A DNA stretch of 63,851 nt, the filler included, from Vicugna vicugna (lineage: Eukaryota), in the NCBI GenBank assembly GCA_013265495.1. It is 75 parts of 74 records of this genome, joined end to end, with 100 filler letters (N's around TTAATTAATTAA, not from the genome) between each part and the next. Parts side by side here need not be neighbours in the genome. Positions count along the whole stretch, not along the records: positions 35,641 to 36,524 come from MU063558.1; positions 36,625 to 37,098 come from PNXW01029831.1; positions 37,199 to 37,666 come from PNXW01029832.1; positions 37,767 to 38,643 come from PNXW01029838.1; positions 38,744 to 39,912 come from MU063564.1; positions 40,013 to 40,146 come from MU063565.1; positions 40,247 to 40,719 come from PNXW01029865.1; positions 40,820 to 41,761 come from MU063566.1; 67 more parts are not named here. The stretch is one strand, 5' to 3'. Every line of letters begins with the position of its first letter. Position 1 is the first letter of the stretch. The notes below the pieces were generated by a model that saw only the letters and a program-made list of their open reading frames with translations, searched no databases and had not been told where the DNA came from. Shown piece by piece: positions 35,641-48,341 of this stretch. Made by a program: the position numbers and the translations under genes.

Positions 35641-36490
35641 CTAACCCTAACCCTAACCCTAACCCTCTAACCCTAACCCTAACACCCTAACCCTAACACC
35701 CTAACCCTAACCCTAACCCTAACCCCTAACCCTAACCCTAACCCTAACCCTAACCCCTAACCCTAACCCTAACCCTAACCCTAACCTNNNNNNNNNNNNN
35801 NNNNNNNNNNNNNNNNNNNNNNNNNNNNNNNNNNNNNNNNNNNNNNNNNNNNNNNNNNNNNNNNNNNNNNNNNNNNNNNNNNNNNNNNNNNNNNNNNNNN
35901 NNNNNNNNNNNNNNNNNNNNNNNNNNNNNNNNNNNNNNNNNNNNNNNNNNNNNNNNNNNNNNNNNNNNNNNNNNNNNNNNNNNNNNNNNNNNNNNNNNNN
36001 NNNNNNNNNNNNNNNNNNNNNNNNNNNNNNNNNNNNNNNNNNNNNNNNNNNNNNNNNNNNNNNNNNNNNNNNNNNNNNNNNNNNNNNNNNNNNNNNNNNN
36101 NNNNNNNNNNNNNNNNNNNNNNNNNNNNNNNNNNNNNNNNNNNNNNNNNNNNNNNNNNNNNNNNNNNNNNNNNNNNNNNNNNNNNNNNNNNNNNNNNNNN
36201 NNNNNNNNNNNNNNNNNNNNNNNNNNNNNNNNNNNNNNNNNNNNNNNNNNNNNNNNNNNNNNNNNNNNNNNNNNNNNNNNNNNNNNNNNNNNNNNNNNNN
36301 NNNNNNNNNNNNNNNNNNNNNNNNNNNCCCTAACCCTAACCGTAACCCTAACCCCCTAACCCTAACCCAACCCTAACCCTTCCCCTAACCCCTACCCCTA
36401 CCGCTAACCCTAACCCCCTAACCCTAACCCTAACCCAACCCTAACCCTACCCCTACCCTACCCCTACCCCTACTCCTACCCCTAACCCTA
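35641..36490 (-). repeat. Vertebrate telomeric repeat (TTAGGG)n with variant repeats
   Basis: (CCCTAA)n on the + strand, degenerating to CCCTAC/CCCCTA before non-telomeric DNA at 36491. Confidence 0.97.
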
Positions 36491-36624
36491 GCAAGGAATT
36501 CTGGGAAAACCAACTCTGCTGCCANNNNNNNNNNNNNNNNNNNNNNNNNNNNNNNNNNNNNNNNNNNNTTAATTAATTAANNNNNNNNNNNNNNNNNNNN
36601 NNNNNNNNNNNNNNNNNNNNNNNN

Positions 36625-37098
36625 TAATTTCTTTTTAAATAATATTTCTGAGGGCTATCTAGTTTGAGGGTTGGAGTAAGGTAGCCCACCAAGGTAACAC
36701 AGAAGTACTAGACATAGGTAATTTACCATAAACTTAACAATTGGATTAGTTCATAATCAAAGGTAGGAGAAATTGTCAAAGTAATTGTTATACAAGCTTG
36801 GTCTGGTGTCTTGGGTCAGCTGTATACCTCATATCTTGTCTCCTTCTCATCCTGGCCTGGTAGCTTTTTCTCCATTTGGGCATTGTTTAAAGGTGAGCAG
36901 TGCTCTATAGGCCAGTGCACTGCAGGGGCTGTTTCTGATAGGAAATGAATCCGAAACTACGTTTCCTTCAGCTTTTTTGTGTATGGTCTACTTAAGAGTA
37001 CTTGATAAAAGTTCCTTCCATTCAGGTTGGAGACAAGCTTTAAGTCATGCCTATTCCAGTATGTATAATCACGTGGCTGCAGGTCATGGGGCACTGGA
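36625..37098 (-). mobile_element. Decayed class I ERV pol (integrase C-terminus) and adjacent env-side region
   Basis: Minus strand gives PHDLQPRDYTYWNRHDLK...LQP.WK...YQVLLS, matching the gammaretroviral-type integrase tail (HDLQPGDYVYWKRH..K..LQPRWKGPYQVLLT). Confidence 0.8.
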
Positions 37099-37329
37099 NN
37101 NNNNNNNNNNNNNNNNNNNNNNNNNNNNNNNNNNNNNNNNNNTTAATTAATTAANNNNNNNNNNNNNNNNNNNNNNNNNNNNNNNNNNNNNNNNNNNNTG
37201 AGAGAGTTACTGACGTCCTATTGTGTGCAAGATTTTACAGAGGACAAAGAAAGACTGCAGCGTCCATGGTGACAGCAAGTGGTGGGGCAATAATACAATT
37301 CTGATCCCGGTACCTTGCACACTTGTACT

Positions 37330-37666
37330 CAGTATAAAGGCAAAAAAATAAAGTAAAATAATACTATGTAAACTCTATGCTTTTTTGAAACAAAATTAAA
37401 GAAGACCTAAATACCTGGACAGACAAACCACACACATTCATGGATCAAATAACAGCACTCTTGGGATGGCAGAGCAGTGCTCCGTGATCCGTATACTCAA
37501 CGTGGTCTCGATCACAATCCCAGCGGGCTCCTCTGCAGTAACTGACTAGCTGCTGCTACAATTCATATGGGAATTCAAGGGTCTCAGTAACCAAAACATA
37601 CTTGAAAAAGAAGAACAACGCGAGAGGACTTGTAATTCTCAATTTCAAACCTAACAACTGTATCTC
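37330..37666 (+). mobile_element. Old L1 ORF2 fragment
   Basis: AAAATTAAAGAAGACCTAAATA...TCATGGAT...AATTCATATGG..TTCAAGGG...CTTGAAAAAGAAGAACAA corresponds to IKEDLNKW / KFIW..K / ILKKKNK. Confidence 0.85.
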
Positions 37667-38080
37667 NNNNNNNNNNNNNNNNNNNNNNNNNNNNNNNNNN
37701 NNNNNNNNNNTTAATTAATTAANNNNNNNNNNNNNNNNNNNNNNNNNNNNNNNNNNNNNNNNNNNNAGGACTAGCTCTTAGGATGAGTCCCAATGTGGGA
37801 GGGTAAATATTGCCCTAGATTAACCAGATTGTTTAAGGTAGATCTGAGTTACTATCTAGCTCACTTGGAATCCTGGCAAAAGAGGAGGCAAAGGATCTGA
37901 CTCAATGACACGGCTAATATGCTGGTGGGAGTCCAGGTTGGTGATATTTAATAACAGTCCAGTTAGTTTAGGGAGCTACAGTGACTGAATTATTGAAAAC
38001 TCTGTAATGCATTGAATTTGCCTATTCCACCCGATTTTTGCCTCTTCATCAACGCTGGCACCAGAGCAGCACCAGGCACC

Positions 38081-38611
38081 GGTTTTGGCAGGGGCTGCAG
38101 GTGACTGCAGGAAGGCACAGAGTGGCTGAGTCCTCGCACTGGGGTCCTTTGATGTACAGGTAGTTGTGACCGTCCTTAGTATTCAGAGTGACTCTAATTC
38201 GTCCTTCCTCCTTTTCATCTCCATTTAAAATCATTACAAGCAGGTTCTGGGGACTTTTTGCAGGTTTCCATCTGTACCAGTGAGAAGCATAAAAAGAGCT
38301 GGAAGGGAAACTGCAGGTGGCACTGGGGCTCTCTCCTTCCTGAACGTGCACCCGTGGAGGACCTTGTTTCATGCTCAAGAGGATGCTCACTCCTGTTCAG
38401 AAAGACAAAGTCAGACATAGAGACTGATCTCTGCACAGAGTGTTCACTGTCTTCACACATTCCCAGATAGAACCTATCAGTGCCTGACTGCATCCTCCTC
38501 CTTCCCCATCACCACCCTAGACTGTTCACATGTGCTTTGGTGACCCCTGGGCTTACCACCAAGATGAAGCCACAGGATCAGCAATGAGACTGGCTAAAGA
38601 TTCCTCTCCAT
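38081..38611 (-). pseudogene. TRAV24: T-cell receptor alpha variable pseudogene, TRAV24-like
   Basis: Leader exon 38611-38557 (55 nt, donor gtaagc) reads MERNL*PVSLLILWLHLG, with TAG at 38594-38596. The V exon from 38392 reads VQEGESPSATCSFPSSSFYASHWYRWKPAKSP..LVMILNGDEKEEGRI..TLNTKDG..YLYIKG.Q.EDSAT, closely matching human TRAV24 as recalled. YLC is frameshifted, the heptamer is missing, and a nonamer-like GCCAAAACC sits at 38081-38089. Confidence 0.93.
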
Positions 38612-38743
38612 TTATCCTGCCCAAGGTCCTCAGCAGAGGAATGNNNNNNNNNNNNNNNNNNNNNNNNNNNNNNNNNNNNNNNNNNNNTTAATTAATTAAN
38701 NNNNNNNNNNNNNNNNNNNNNNNNNNNNNNNNNNNNNNNNNNN

Positions 38744-39912
38744 CCCCTAGCATTCCCTGGCACAGAGACATTAGGAAAACCCTCAGGGGAGACGAGCTTA
38801 TGCATTCCGTTAGAACCCATGCGCTGCCGACCGTTGGTGGAACCTCCCCACACTCAGGATTCCGGAAAAATTGTCAGTGCGTGGGGGAGCTCGAGAGAAA
38901 ACTCCACGCAGCTCTCTTCAGTCACAGGTGTTCCCTGTTCGGGGAAGCCAGAGAAATAAGTTCCCTGACCTTGGGGAGGTAGCCTCGGTCACTGGGATAT
39001 CCTGCAATCACGCCTAGCATTCCCTAGCACAGAGACATTAGGAAAAGCCTCAGTTGAGAGGAGCTTAGGAATTCCGTTAGAACCCACGCACTGCCGACCG
39101 TTGGTGGAAACTCCCCACGCTCAGGATTCCGTAACCATTGTCAGTACGAGGTTGAAATCGACAGACAATTCCACGCAGCTCTCTTCAGTAACAGGGGTTC
39201 CTCGTTCGGGGAAGTCCGAGATATAACTTCCCTGACTTTGTGGAGGTAGCCTCTGACACTGGGATATCCTGCAATCACCCCTAGCATTCCCTAGCAAAGA
39301 GACATTAGGAAAATCCTCAGGGGAGACGAGCTTAGGCATTCCGTTAGAAGCCACGCGCTGCCGACCTTTGGTTGAACCTCCCCACGCTCAGGATTCCGGA
39401 ACCATTGTCAGTGCGAGGGGAAGCTCGAGAGAAAACTCCACGCATCTCTCTTCAGTCACAGGTGTTCCCTGTTCGGGNNNNNNNNNNNNNNNNNNNNNNN
39501 NNNNNNNNNNNNNNNNNNNNNNNNNNNNNNNNNNNNNNNNNNNNNNNNNNNNNNNNNNNNNNNNNNNNNNNNNNNNNNNNNNNNNNNNNNNNNNNNNNNN
39601 NNNNNNNNNNNNNNNNNNNNNNNNNNNNNNNNNNNNNNNNNNNNNNNNNNNNNNNNNNNNNNNNNNNNNNNNNNNNNNNNNNNNNNNNNNNAGAGACAAC
39701 TCCACGCAGCTCTCTTCAGTCACAGGTGTACCCTGTTCGGGGAAGTCCGAGAAATAACTTCCCTGACCTTGGGGAGGCAGCCTCGGTCACTGGGATATCC
39801 TGCAATCACGCCTAGCATTCCCTAGCAAAGAGACATTAGGATAACCCTCAGGGGAGACGAGCTTTGCCATTCCGTTAGAACCCCCACGCTGCCGACCTTT
39901 GGTGGAACCTCC
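38744..39912 (+). repeat. Satellite A (267-bp)
   Basis: About four tandem monomers including the internal gap. Confidence 0.96.
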
Positions 39913-40012
39913 NNNNNNNNNNNNNNNNNNNNNNNNNNNNNNNNNNNNNNNNNNNNTTAATTAATTAANNNNNNNNNNNNNNNNNNNNNNNNNNNNNNNN
40001 NNNNNNNNNNNN

Positions 40013-40146
40013 ACTGAATATAAAATTTAGAATATAGAATGTAGAACACAGAATAGAGAATATAGAATACGGAATGCAGAATATAGGATACAGAATGTAG
40101 AATGAAGAACACAGAAAATAAAACATAGAAGAGAGTATATGGAACA
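40013..40146 (+). repeat. Satellite E (heptamer)
   Basis: ATAGAAT/ACAGAAT units. Confidence 0.9.
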
Positions 40147-40819
40147 NNNNNNNNNNNNNNNNNNNNNNNNNNNNNNNNNNNNNNNNNNNNTTAATTAATT
40201 AANNNNNNNNNNNNNNNNNNNNNNNNNNNNNNNNNNNNNNNNNNNNAGTTTTGTGGTTTATCATATTTGCATTTAAATATGTGTATACATAAATGTATAT
40301 GTATGTGTATATGTATGTGTGTATATATCTATATATACACATATATATATTTGACAATTTTGTTTATTAAGCAAAGTCTTGTTAAATAATATTCCAGCAT
40401 CCTTTCCTAGGAGAAGTAACCTCATTTTAATACATCTGTGGATTATAAATCTGTTGATTGAATGGAATAATAAATCCTAAAATCTACTGAGCCTTTCCTC
40501 TCAGTAGGTGACAGGTACTATGTAAACTTCTGGTGTATATTATTCCCTTTAATTCTTAGAATATCCTTTAGAACACCTTTAAGAACTTGGCCACACGCTA
40601 GAATCTTAAGCAATTTCCCAGTCACCTTTCTAATCAGTGGTGGACCTGGCAGCCTAGATTCCTGAATCAATGCTGACTGCATGGCACTGCTGCTAAGGGT
40701 CACCTTGCCACTTCAGTAGNNNNNNNNNNNNNNNNNNNNNNNNNNNNNNNNNNNNNNNNNNNNTTAATTAATTAANNNNNNNNNNNNNNNNNNNNNNNNN
40801 NNNNNNNNNNNNNNNNNNN

Positions 40820-41761
40820 AGCAAATGATGCAGCCTGGAAGCTGGGGGCAGGGCCATGCTGCCCAAACTGGGTGGTACATGGGGATGGCTGCAATGTGGC
40901 AGCCCAGTGGAATGGATTGGGCTTTGTGCCATGGCTGTGGGTGCACAGGGCATAACAACCTGGGTCCTCCATAAGACAAAGGGGCTGATGTGCCCTGTGG
41001 GTGGAAGGGTGCATTCCCCATCTCTGAAACTCTACAAATTTTCTAGGTGAAGAGAGCTAGGGCTGAGACACTGCCACCATACCTACTGGTGCTTTGCACC
41101 CAGGTGGCAGTGGGGGCAAAACTGCATCTACACCTAAGGACTTAGCAGCCTCAAGAGCCAGACGGAGACTTGTATAAAGCCTGAGGCAGATAGGAACCTA
41201 CTGTAATGGTTAATCAGAGAACTTGTCCGCCAAGACAAACGAGCTGGATTTTGGCCCAGACCAGGGAGAGGGCTGTTCCTCAGACTTNNNNNNNNNNNNN
41301 NNNNNNNNNNNNNNNNNNNNNNNNNNNNNNNNNNNNNNNNNNNNNNNNNNNNNNNNNNNNNNNNNNNNNNNNNNNNNNNNNNNNNNNNNNNNNNNNNNNN
41401 NNNNNNNNNNNNNNNNNNNNNNNNNNNNNNNNNNNNNNNNNNNNNNNNNNNNNNNNNNNNNNNNNNNNNNNNNNNNNNNNNNNNGACAAGCAGCATTAGG
41501 TAAGCTGACCCAGAGTTGGTTTTAGGAATGATCTGCTTGCCAACAGGCCGTGGAGCAGCACAGATGAGGGCTCCAATGGAGGACATCTGGAAACAGCAAG
41601 CTGAGCTTCCAAAACAGGATGAATACAGAAAGATTTTACATAAAATGTACACCGTCTCCAGGAGTACACTGAACACTCCCTAATTTTAATCAGTTTCTCC
41701 GGTTCCATTTTCTATAACCCTCCTAATTTCTACTTCTTCTGTAATTATATATACCCCCATC
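40820..41761 (+). mobile_element. CpG-decayed copy of the 21292-21905 element (probable L1 5'UTR)
   Basis: TGGCTGTGGGTGCACAGGGCATAACAACCTGGGTCCTCCATAAGACA aligns to 21476-21522, and GAGAACTTG.TCCGCCAAGACAAAC is shared. Confidence 0.6.
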
Positions 41762-41861
41762 NNNNNNNNNNNNNNNNNNNNNNNNNNNNNNNNNNNNNNN
41801 NNNNNTTAATTAATTAANNNNNNNNNNNNNNNNNNNNNNNNNNNNNNNNNNNNNNNNNNNN

Positions 41862-42790
41862 TATTCAGTTTTATGTATTTTATATTCTATTTTCTGTGTT
41901 CTTCATTCAATTTTTTAATTGTTTATAAAGTATTCTGTATATTATATTCTAAATTCTGTGTTCTGCATTCCATGTTCTAAATTCTGGGTTCTATATTCTC
42001 TTTTCTATTTTCTATATTCTGTGTCCTACATTCTATATTGTAAATTTTATATTCAGCATTCTGTATTCTATATTCTAAATTCTGTGTTCTGCATCATATT
42101 TCTAATTTCTCGATACTATATTCTCTATTGTATATTCTATATTCTATATTCTGTGTTCTACATTCTATATTCTGGTTTTATATTCAGTAATATGTATTTT
42201 ATACTCTAAATTCTNNNNNNNNNNNNNNNNNNNNNNNNNNNNNNNNNNNNNNNNNNNNNNNNNNNNNNNNNNNNNNNNNNNNNNNNNNNNNNNNNNNNNN
42301 NNNNNNNNNNNNNNNNNNNNNNNNNNNNNNNNNNNNNNNNNNNNNNNNNNNNNNNNNNNNNNNNNNNNNNNNNNNNNNNNNNNNNNNCTATATTCTGTGT
42401 TCTACATTCTATATTCTAAATTCTATATTCAGTATTATGTATTCTATAATCTATATTCTGTGTTCTGCATTCCATGTTCTAAATTCTCTATTCTATATTC
42501 TGTGTTCTACTTTATATATTCTTAATTATATATTCTGTATTCAATATTATATATTCTAAATTCTGTGTTCTGCATTCCATGTTCTAAATTCTGGGTTCTA
42601 CATTCTCTATTCTTTATTCTATATTGTGAGTTTTCCATTCTAGATTCTACATACAATATTTTGCATTCCGTATACTATATTCTATATCCTGTGTTCTACA
42701 CTCTATATTCTAAACTCTATATTCAGTATTCCGTATTCTATATTGTAAATTCTCTGTTCTGCATCCATGTTCTAAATTCTGGGTTCTATA
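41862..42790 (-). repeat. Satellite E, reverse orientation (ATTCTAT)n
   Basis: Reverse complement of the heptamer array. Confidence 0.95.
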
Positions 42791-43364
42791 NNNNNNNNNN
42801 NNNNNNNNNNNNNNNNNNNNNNNNNNNNNNNNNNTTAATTAATTAANNNNNNNNNNNNNNNNNNNNNNNNNNNNNNNNNNNNNNNNNNNNTAGGTGTGTG
42901 ATGTGGAAGGGGTGACCCTGTGAACCTTGCTGCCACGAGGCAGGATGCCCTTGCGGGCTTTCTGCACCGGCTGGCTGGCTCACATGACTCTGTTTAGAAG
43001 GATATCAGCCAACAGCTGTGCCACAAGGGCTACAGCCCGAGCTGAGTCATATCTAGTAACGGTTCTGAGTTCATCCTTAGACGACATGACCAGAAGGATT
43101 TGAGAATCAATGTTGGAGACGTATCTGAATGAGTATTCCATTTCATTCCTTGGNNNNNNNNNNNNNNNNNNNNNNNNNNNNNNNNNNNNNNNNNNNNNNN
43201 NNNNNNNNNNNNNNNNNNNNNNNNNNNNNNNNNNNNNNNNATCTAATGGAGCGGGCTCCGTGTCGGTATGCTAGGTCATTGTTTGGCTCGGTAACCGATG
43301 CTTCTGAGACCCAAAACATACTCTAGTATAACCGACAGCACAGAAAACTCCACTGATGACTTGC

Positions 43365-43488
43365 TCATTTCAAGGTATTCATAAAATAATCCCAGTTTGC
43401 CCATGGGATACAGACGGTTGTCCCGTTCCCATCGTGGGGTGATCTGTTCTGCTCCCGATACTGTGGCACCATTAGATTCATGACACAG
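43365..43488 (-). pseudogene. ANO6: ANO6-derived exon copy 2 (same exon as 16356-16471)
   Basis: Minus strand reads TVSGAEQITPRWERDNRLYPMGKLGLFYEYLEM. Acceptor AG at 43489-43490; the donor is GC (43363-43364). Length is 124 nt, so it is frameshifted relative to ~131. Confidence 0.92.
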
Positions 43489-44707
43489 CTGTCAAATAGA
43501 TCAAATAATAAGGCAGGATATTATCAGACCAAGGTCATAAAAGTATTCCTGACATCTCAAGCTGAACACATCATCGTCCCAAGAATTTAATTTCTTGTTT
43601 TCAGAATAAATATATTTTTATTGCTGCCTCCCTACCCTCAAATATTGTGAAAACTAGTCNNNNNNNNNNNNNNNNNNNNNNNNNNNNNNNNNNNNNNNNN
43701 NNNTTAATTAATTAANNNNNNNNNNNNNNNNNNNNNNNNNNNNNNNNNNNNNNNNNNNNTAACCCTCGCCCAACCCTCTCTCCCGGCCCTGTATTGCTTT
43801 CTGAATAGTTCTACACTTTCTCCTTCCCTTTAAATTCCAGTTTCTTGGAGACGTGCCTGTGCTGATGACTCCTCCAGGGCTCAGAGCCCTGCAGCCCCCA
43901 CGGCCCTCACCGCGGCACTGAGACAGGAGTTGCACTGCCGGTGGCTGCGTGTTTCAAACCAGTCGGCATTATCAGCTCCTGTTTATTTGATTACCAGTTA
44001 GCTTTTGCCGTGGACAAATATTTTCCTCTCAGTGGAATGTTTTCCCCCCTTAATATTTGTTTTACTTGAATAAATTTAAATGCCCAGGCAGAAAAGTGTG
44101 TGTGCACATATGCACACACACAGATACACACAGATATGTTTTTTAAAGTCTACCTAATTATAGTACTCCTCCTTCTTTTCCCCAGTCTTGTCAATTAAAA
44201 GTGGGCTTTAGCCCTTGCTTTTATGCCCCACACACCCCCCTTTCTCACTATGCTCCTTTTAGTCAGTGTTCAAATCCCCCTTAAGCCAGGTTACAGCCTT
44301 CTCTGTGTTGCCTCANNNNNNNNNNNNNNNNNNNNNNNNNNNNNNNNNNNNNNNNNNNNNNNNNNNNNNNNNNNNNNNNNNNNNNNNNNNNNNNNNNNNN
44401 NNNNNNNNNNNNNNNNNNNNNNNNNNNNNNNNNNNNNNNNNNNNNNNNNNNNNNNNNNNNNNNNNNNNNNNNNNNNNNNNNNNNNNNNNNNNNNNNNNNN
44501 NNNNNNNNNNNNNNNNNNNNNNNNNNNNNAACGGACATCTCAGAAGTCCCATAGACACTTCGCAATCAAAATGCTACAAACAGAACCATCTCCTCGAAAC
44601 CAGCTCCNNNNNNNNNNNNNNNNNNNNNNNNNNNNNNNNNNNNNNNNNNNNTTAATTAATTAANNNNNNNNNNNNNNNNNNNNNNNNNNNNNNNNNNNNN
44701 NNNNNNN

Positions 44708-45717
44708 TGTGTATTGGTGAGAATTCACCCAAAGAGTGTTTTTTGAAGCAAAATATCCGATTGTGGATTCTGGTGAGAGAAAAAACCGATGAAGTCAGAG
44801 TAAATATTTCTAAATGAATAAATGCCTTGTTTGATAGATGAAAGGTCAGTAATCCACATGCTCACAACTGGGAAACGCATGTTTGTCGAATCTGTCATGC
44901 ATGTAGCATGTACGGAACCCTAAATGCCATGTTGATCGTATTTATGTAAATTACATATGTATTAATGTATTAGATTGAAATCGCTCCAGAAGTATTTTTC
45001 TGTGAAATATGCACGAATTCGCAACTGGGGTTGGGAAAAGCTTGTGAAAATGAGTACACGGCTCTTGATGAAAATATTCTTTATATAGAGGATAAAAGAT
45101 CAATAATCCACATGCTCTCAACTCAGGAATGCATGTTTGTCGAATCCATCATGCATGTAGCATGTACGGAACGCGGAATATCATGTTTATGAAATCTATT
45201 CAAATTACATATATCTAGGGTAGAATTCGCTCAAGTGGATTANNNNNNNNNNNNNNNNNNNNNNNNNNNNNNNNNNNNNNNNNNNNNNNNNNNNNNNNAA
45301 GTAAATATAGTGCATAGTTACCCTGTTATGGTTGAAACAACTGTCATGTGCATGTTCACAACTCATAAAAGCATGTTTGTGGAATCCGTGTTGCATGTAA
45401 AATGTTCGGAATAAGGAATGCAATGATTACGTAAACAATGCAAATTACATGTGTATTGGTGAGAATTCGCTCAAAGAGATTTTTCCGGTGCCAAATGTCC
45501 GATTTTAAAACCTGGTGATAGAAAAAAAATTTGAAGTCAGAGAAAATATTCTAATTGTAGATATGCCATTTTGGTGGATAAAAGTTCAGTAATCCAGGTG
45601 TTAACAACTCAGAAACGCATGTTTGTAGAATCCGTTATGCATGTAGCATGTACGGATCCCGGAATGCCATGTTGATGGAATTCATGTAAATTATATATCT
45701 GTTAGGTATAAATCGCT
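44708..45717 (+). repeat. Satellite B
   Basis: TGTGTATTGGTGAGAATTC at 44708 and 45450 (~742, across a small gap). Confidence 0.95.
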
Positions 45718-45817
45718 NNNNNNNNNNNNNNNNNNNNNNNNNNNNNNNNNNNNNNNNNNNNTTAATTAATTAANNNNNNNNNNNNNNNNNNNNNNNNNNN
45801 NNNNNNNNNNNNNNNNN

Positions 45818-46815
45818 GTACCCTGTTATGGCTGAAACAGCTGTCATGCGCATGTTCACAACTCAGAAATGCATGTTTAAGGAATCCGTGTTGCATGAAA
45901 CATGTTCAGTATACGGAATTCCATGGTTATGTAAACAAATTAAATTATATGTGTATTGGTGGGAATTTGCTCAAAGAGTGTTTTCTGGTGCCAAATGTCC
46001 GATTTTATAACCTGGTGATAGAAAAAACCTTTGAAGACATAATGCATATTTCTAAGTGAATATATGCCTTGCTTGGTGGATGAAAGGTCAGAAATTCACG
46101 TGCTCACAAGTCAGAAAAGCATGTTTGCCGAATCTGTCATGCATGAAGCATGTACGAAACCGGGAATGCCATGTTGATGGAATACATGTAAATTACATAT
46201 CTATTAGGTGGAAATCGCTTCATAAGTATTTTTCAATGAAAAATGCACAAATTCGAAACTGGTGTTAGGGGAAAATGGGGAAAATGAGTACACGTGTCTA
46301 GATGAAACTGTTCCTTTTATAGAGGATGAAAGATCAGTAATCCACATGCTCTCAACTCAGGAATGCATGTTTGTCAAATCCGTAATGCATGTAGCATGTA
46401 CGGAACACGGAATATAATGTAGATTGAATCTATTCAAATTACATATCTCTAGGGTAGAATTCTCTTCAACAGGGTTTTTCTGTGCTCAAATTTTGATTCT
46501 TGAACCTCGTGACAGGGAGAAGCTATGAAGTCAAAGTAAATATTTCAAAGAGCATATGTACCCTGTTATTGTTGAAACATCTGTCATGCGCATGTTCACA
46601 CCTCAGAAATGCTTGTTTGACGAATCGGTGTTGCATGAAACATGTTTGGAATACGGAATGCCATGTTTATGTAAACAATGTAAATTACATGTGTATTGGT
46701 GTGAATACGCTCAAAGGGTGTTTTCTGGTGCGAAATGTCCAATTTTAGAAACTGTTGATAGAAAAAAACCATGAAGTAAGAGCAAATATTTCTAAGTGTA
46801 TATATGCCTTGTTTG
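45818..46815 (+). repeat. Satellite B (gap-free reference copy)
   Basis: GTACCCTGTTAT at 45818 and 46558 (740). Subunit anchors at 45861, 46109, 46355 and 46601. Confidence 0.96.
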
Positions 46816-46915
46816 NNNNNNNNNNNNNNNNNNNNNNNNNNNNNNNNNNNNNNNNNNNNTTAATTAATTAANNNNNNNNNNNNNNNNNNNNNNNNNNNNN
46901 NNNNNNNNNNNNNNN

Positions 46916-47314
46916 GTTGAGAATTCACTCCAAGAGTTTTTTCTGGTGCCTAATGTCCTACTTTAAGACCTGCAGATAGAAAAAAACTATGATGTCAGAG
47001 TAAATATTACTAAGTGTTTATATGCCTTGTTGGTGGATGAAAGATCACTAATCCACATGCTCACAAGTCAGAAACGCATGTTTGCTGAATCCAAAAAAAA
47101 AGCATGTACGGAACCCGGAATGCCATGTTGACGGAATTCATGTAAATTACATATCTGTTTGGTGGAAATCGCTCTAGAAGAATTTTTCTGTGAAAAAAGC
47201 AAAAATTCGAAACTGGTGTTAGGGAAAGCTTGTGAAAATGAGTACACGTGTGTAGATGAAAACGTTCCATTTATAGAGAATGAAAGATCTGTAATCCACA
47301 TGCTCTCAACTCAG
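46916..47314 (+). repeat. Satellite B
   Basis: B subunits. Confidence 0.93.
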
Positions 47315-47414
47315 NNNNNNNNNNNNNNNNNNNNNNNNNNNNNNNNNNNNNNNNNNNNTTAATTAATTAANNNNNNNNNNNNNNNNNNNNNNNNNNNNNN
47401 NNNNNNNNNNNNNN

Positions 47415-48241
47415 GAAAAGAGAGAGAACACAAATACCACACATAGTGAAAATGGGGAATCTACAAAGAGTATATAAAATTTGCAAAAAAACATAAGGGT
47501 ATACCATGAGCAACTGCATGGAAACAAACTGGATAATCTAGAAGAAATGGAGAAGTTTCTGGAAACATTCAGCCCATCATTATTGTATCAAGAAGAAATT
47601 GGCCATTTCAACAGACAAATCACCAGAAATGGAATAGAATTATCAGTAAAATAAAAAAATCTCTGCAAACAAATATTCAGACCCAAATAGATTCACTGAG
47701 GAATTTGACCAAACATACAAAGAAAAATCCATACCAGTCCTTCTCAAACACTTCCAAAAGATTCATATGGAGAGAGTACCCCCAAACTCACACCATAAGG
47801 CCAACATCAACCTGAAAATAAAACCAGACAAACACACTACCTAAAAAGAAAACTATAGGCCAATATCATTGATAAACATAGATGTAAAAGTCCTTAGGAA
47901 ATTATTAACAAACAGAATCCAACAGCATGTAAAAAAAGATCATACACCATGGTCAAGTATTTAGGTACATCCCAGGAACACAAGGATGGTGTAACATATG
48001 CAAATCAATCAATCATTTGTGATACACCATATCAACAAAAGAGAGGACAAAAAACCACATGATAATCACAGTAGATGCAGAAAAATCATTTGATAACATT
48101 TAACACCTATCTGCAAAATAAGTTCTTATCACAGTGGGTACAGAGGGACCATATCTAAATGTAATAATAGCTATTTATGACAAATATATAGCCAGAAAAA
48201 TACTCAATGTTGAAAAACAGAAACCCTTCTCACAAAAACCT
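47415..48241 (+). mobile_element. Decayed L1 ORF2 (Z region/RT)
   Basis: Remnants [29 protein letters not shown] and MIITVDAEKSFD, with stops and frameshifts. Confidence 0.95.
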
Positions 48242-48341
48242 NNNNNNNNNNNNNNNNNNNNNNNNNNNNNNNNNNNNNNNNNNNNTTAATTAATTAANNN
48301 NNNNNNNNNNNNNNNNNNNNNNNNNNNNNNNNNNNNNNNNN

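Noticed and set aside
41919..42209. Hydrophobic FYILYS-repeat 'membrane proteins' (also 27844-28604)
   Set aside because: These are translations of the ATTCTAT heptamer satellite.
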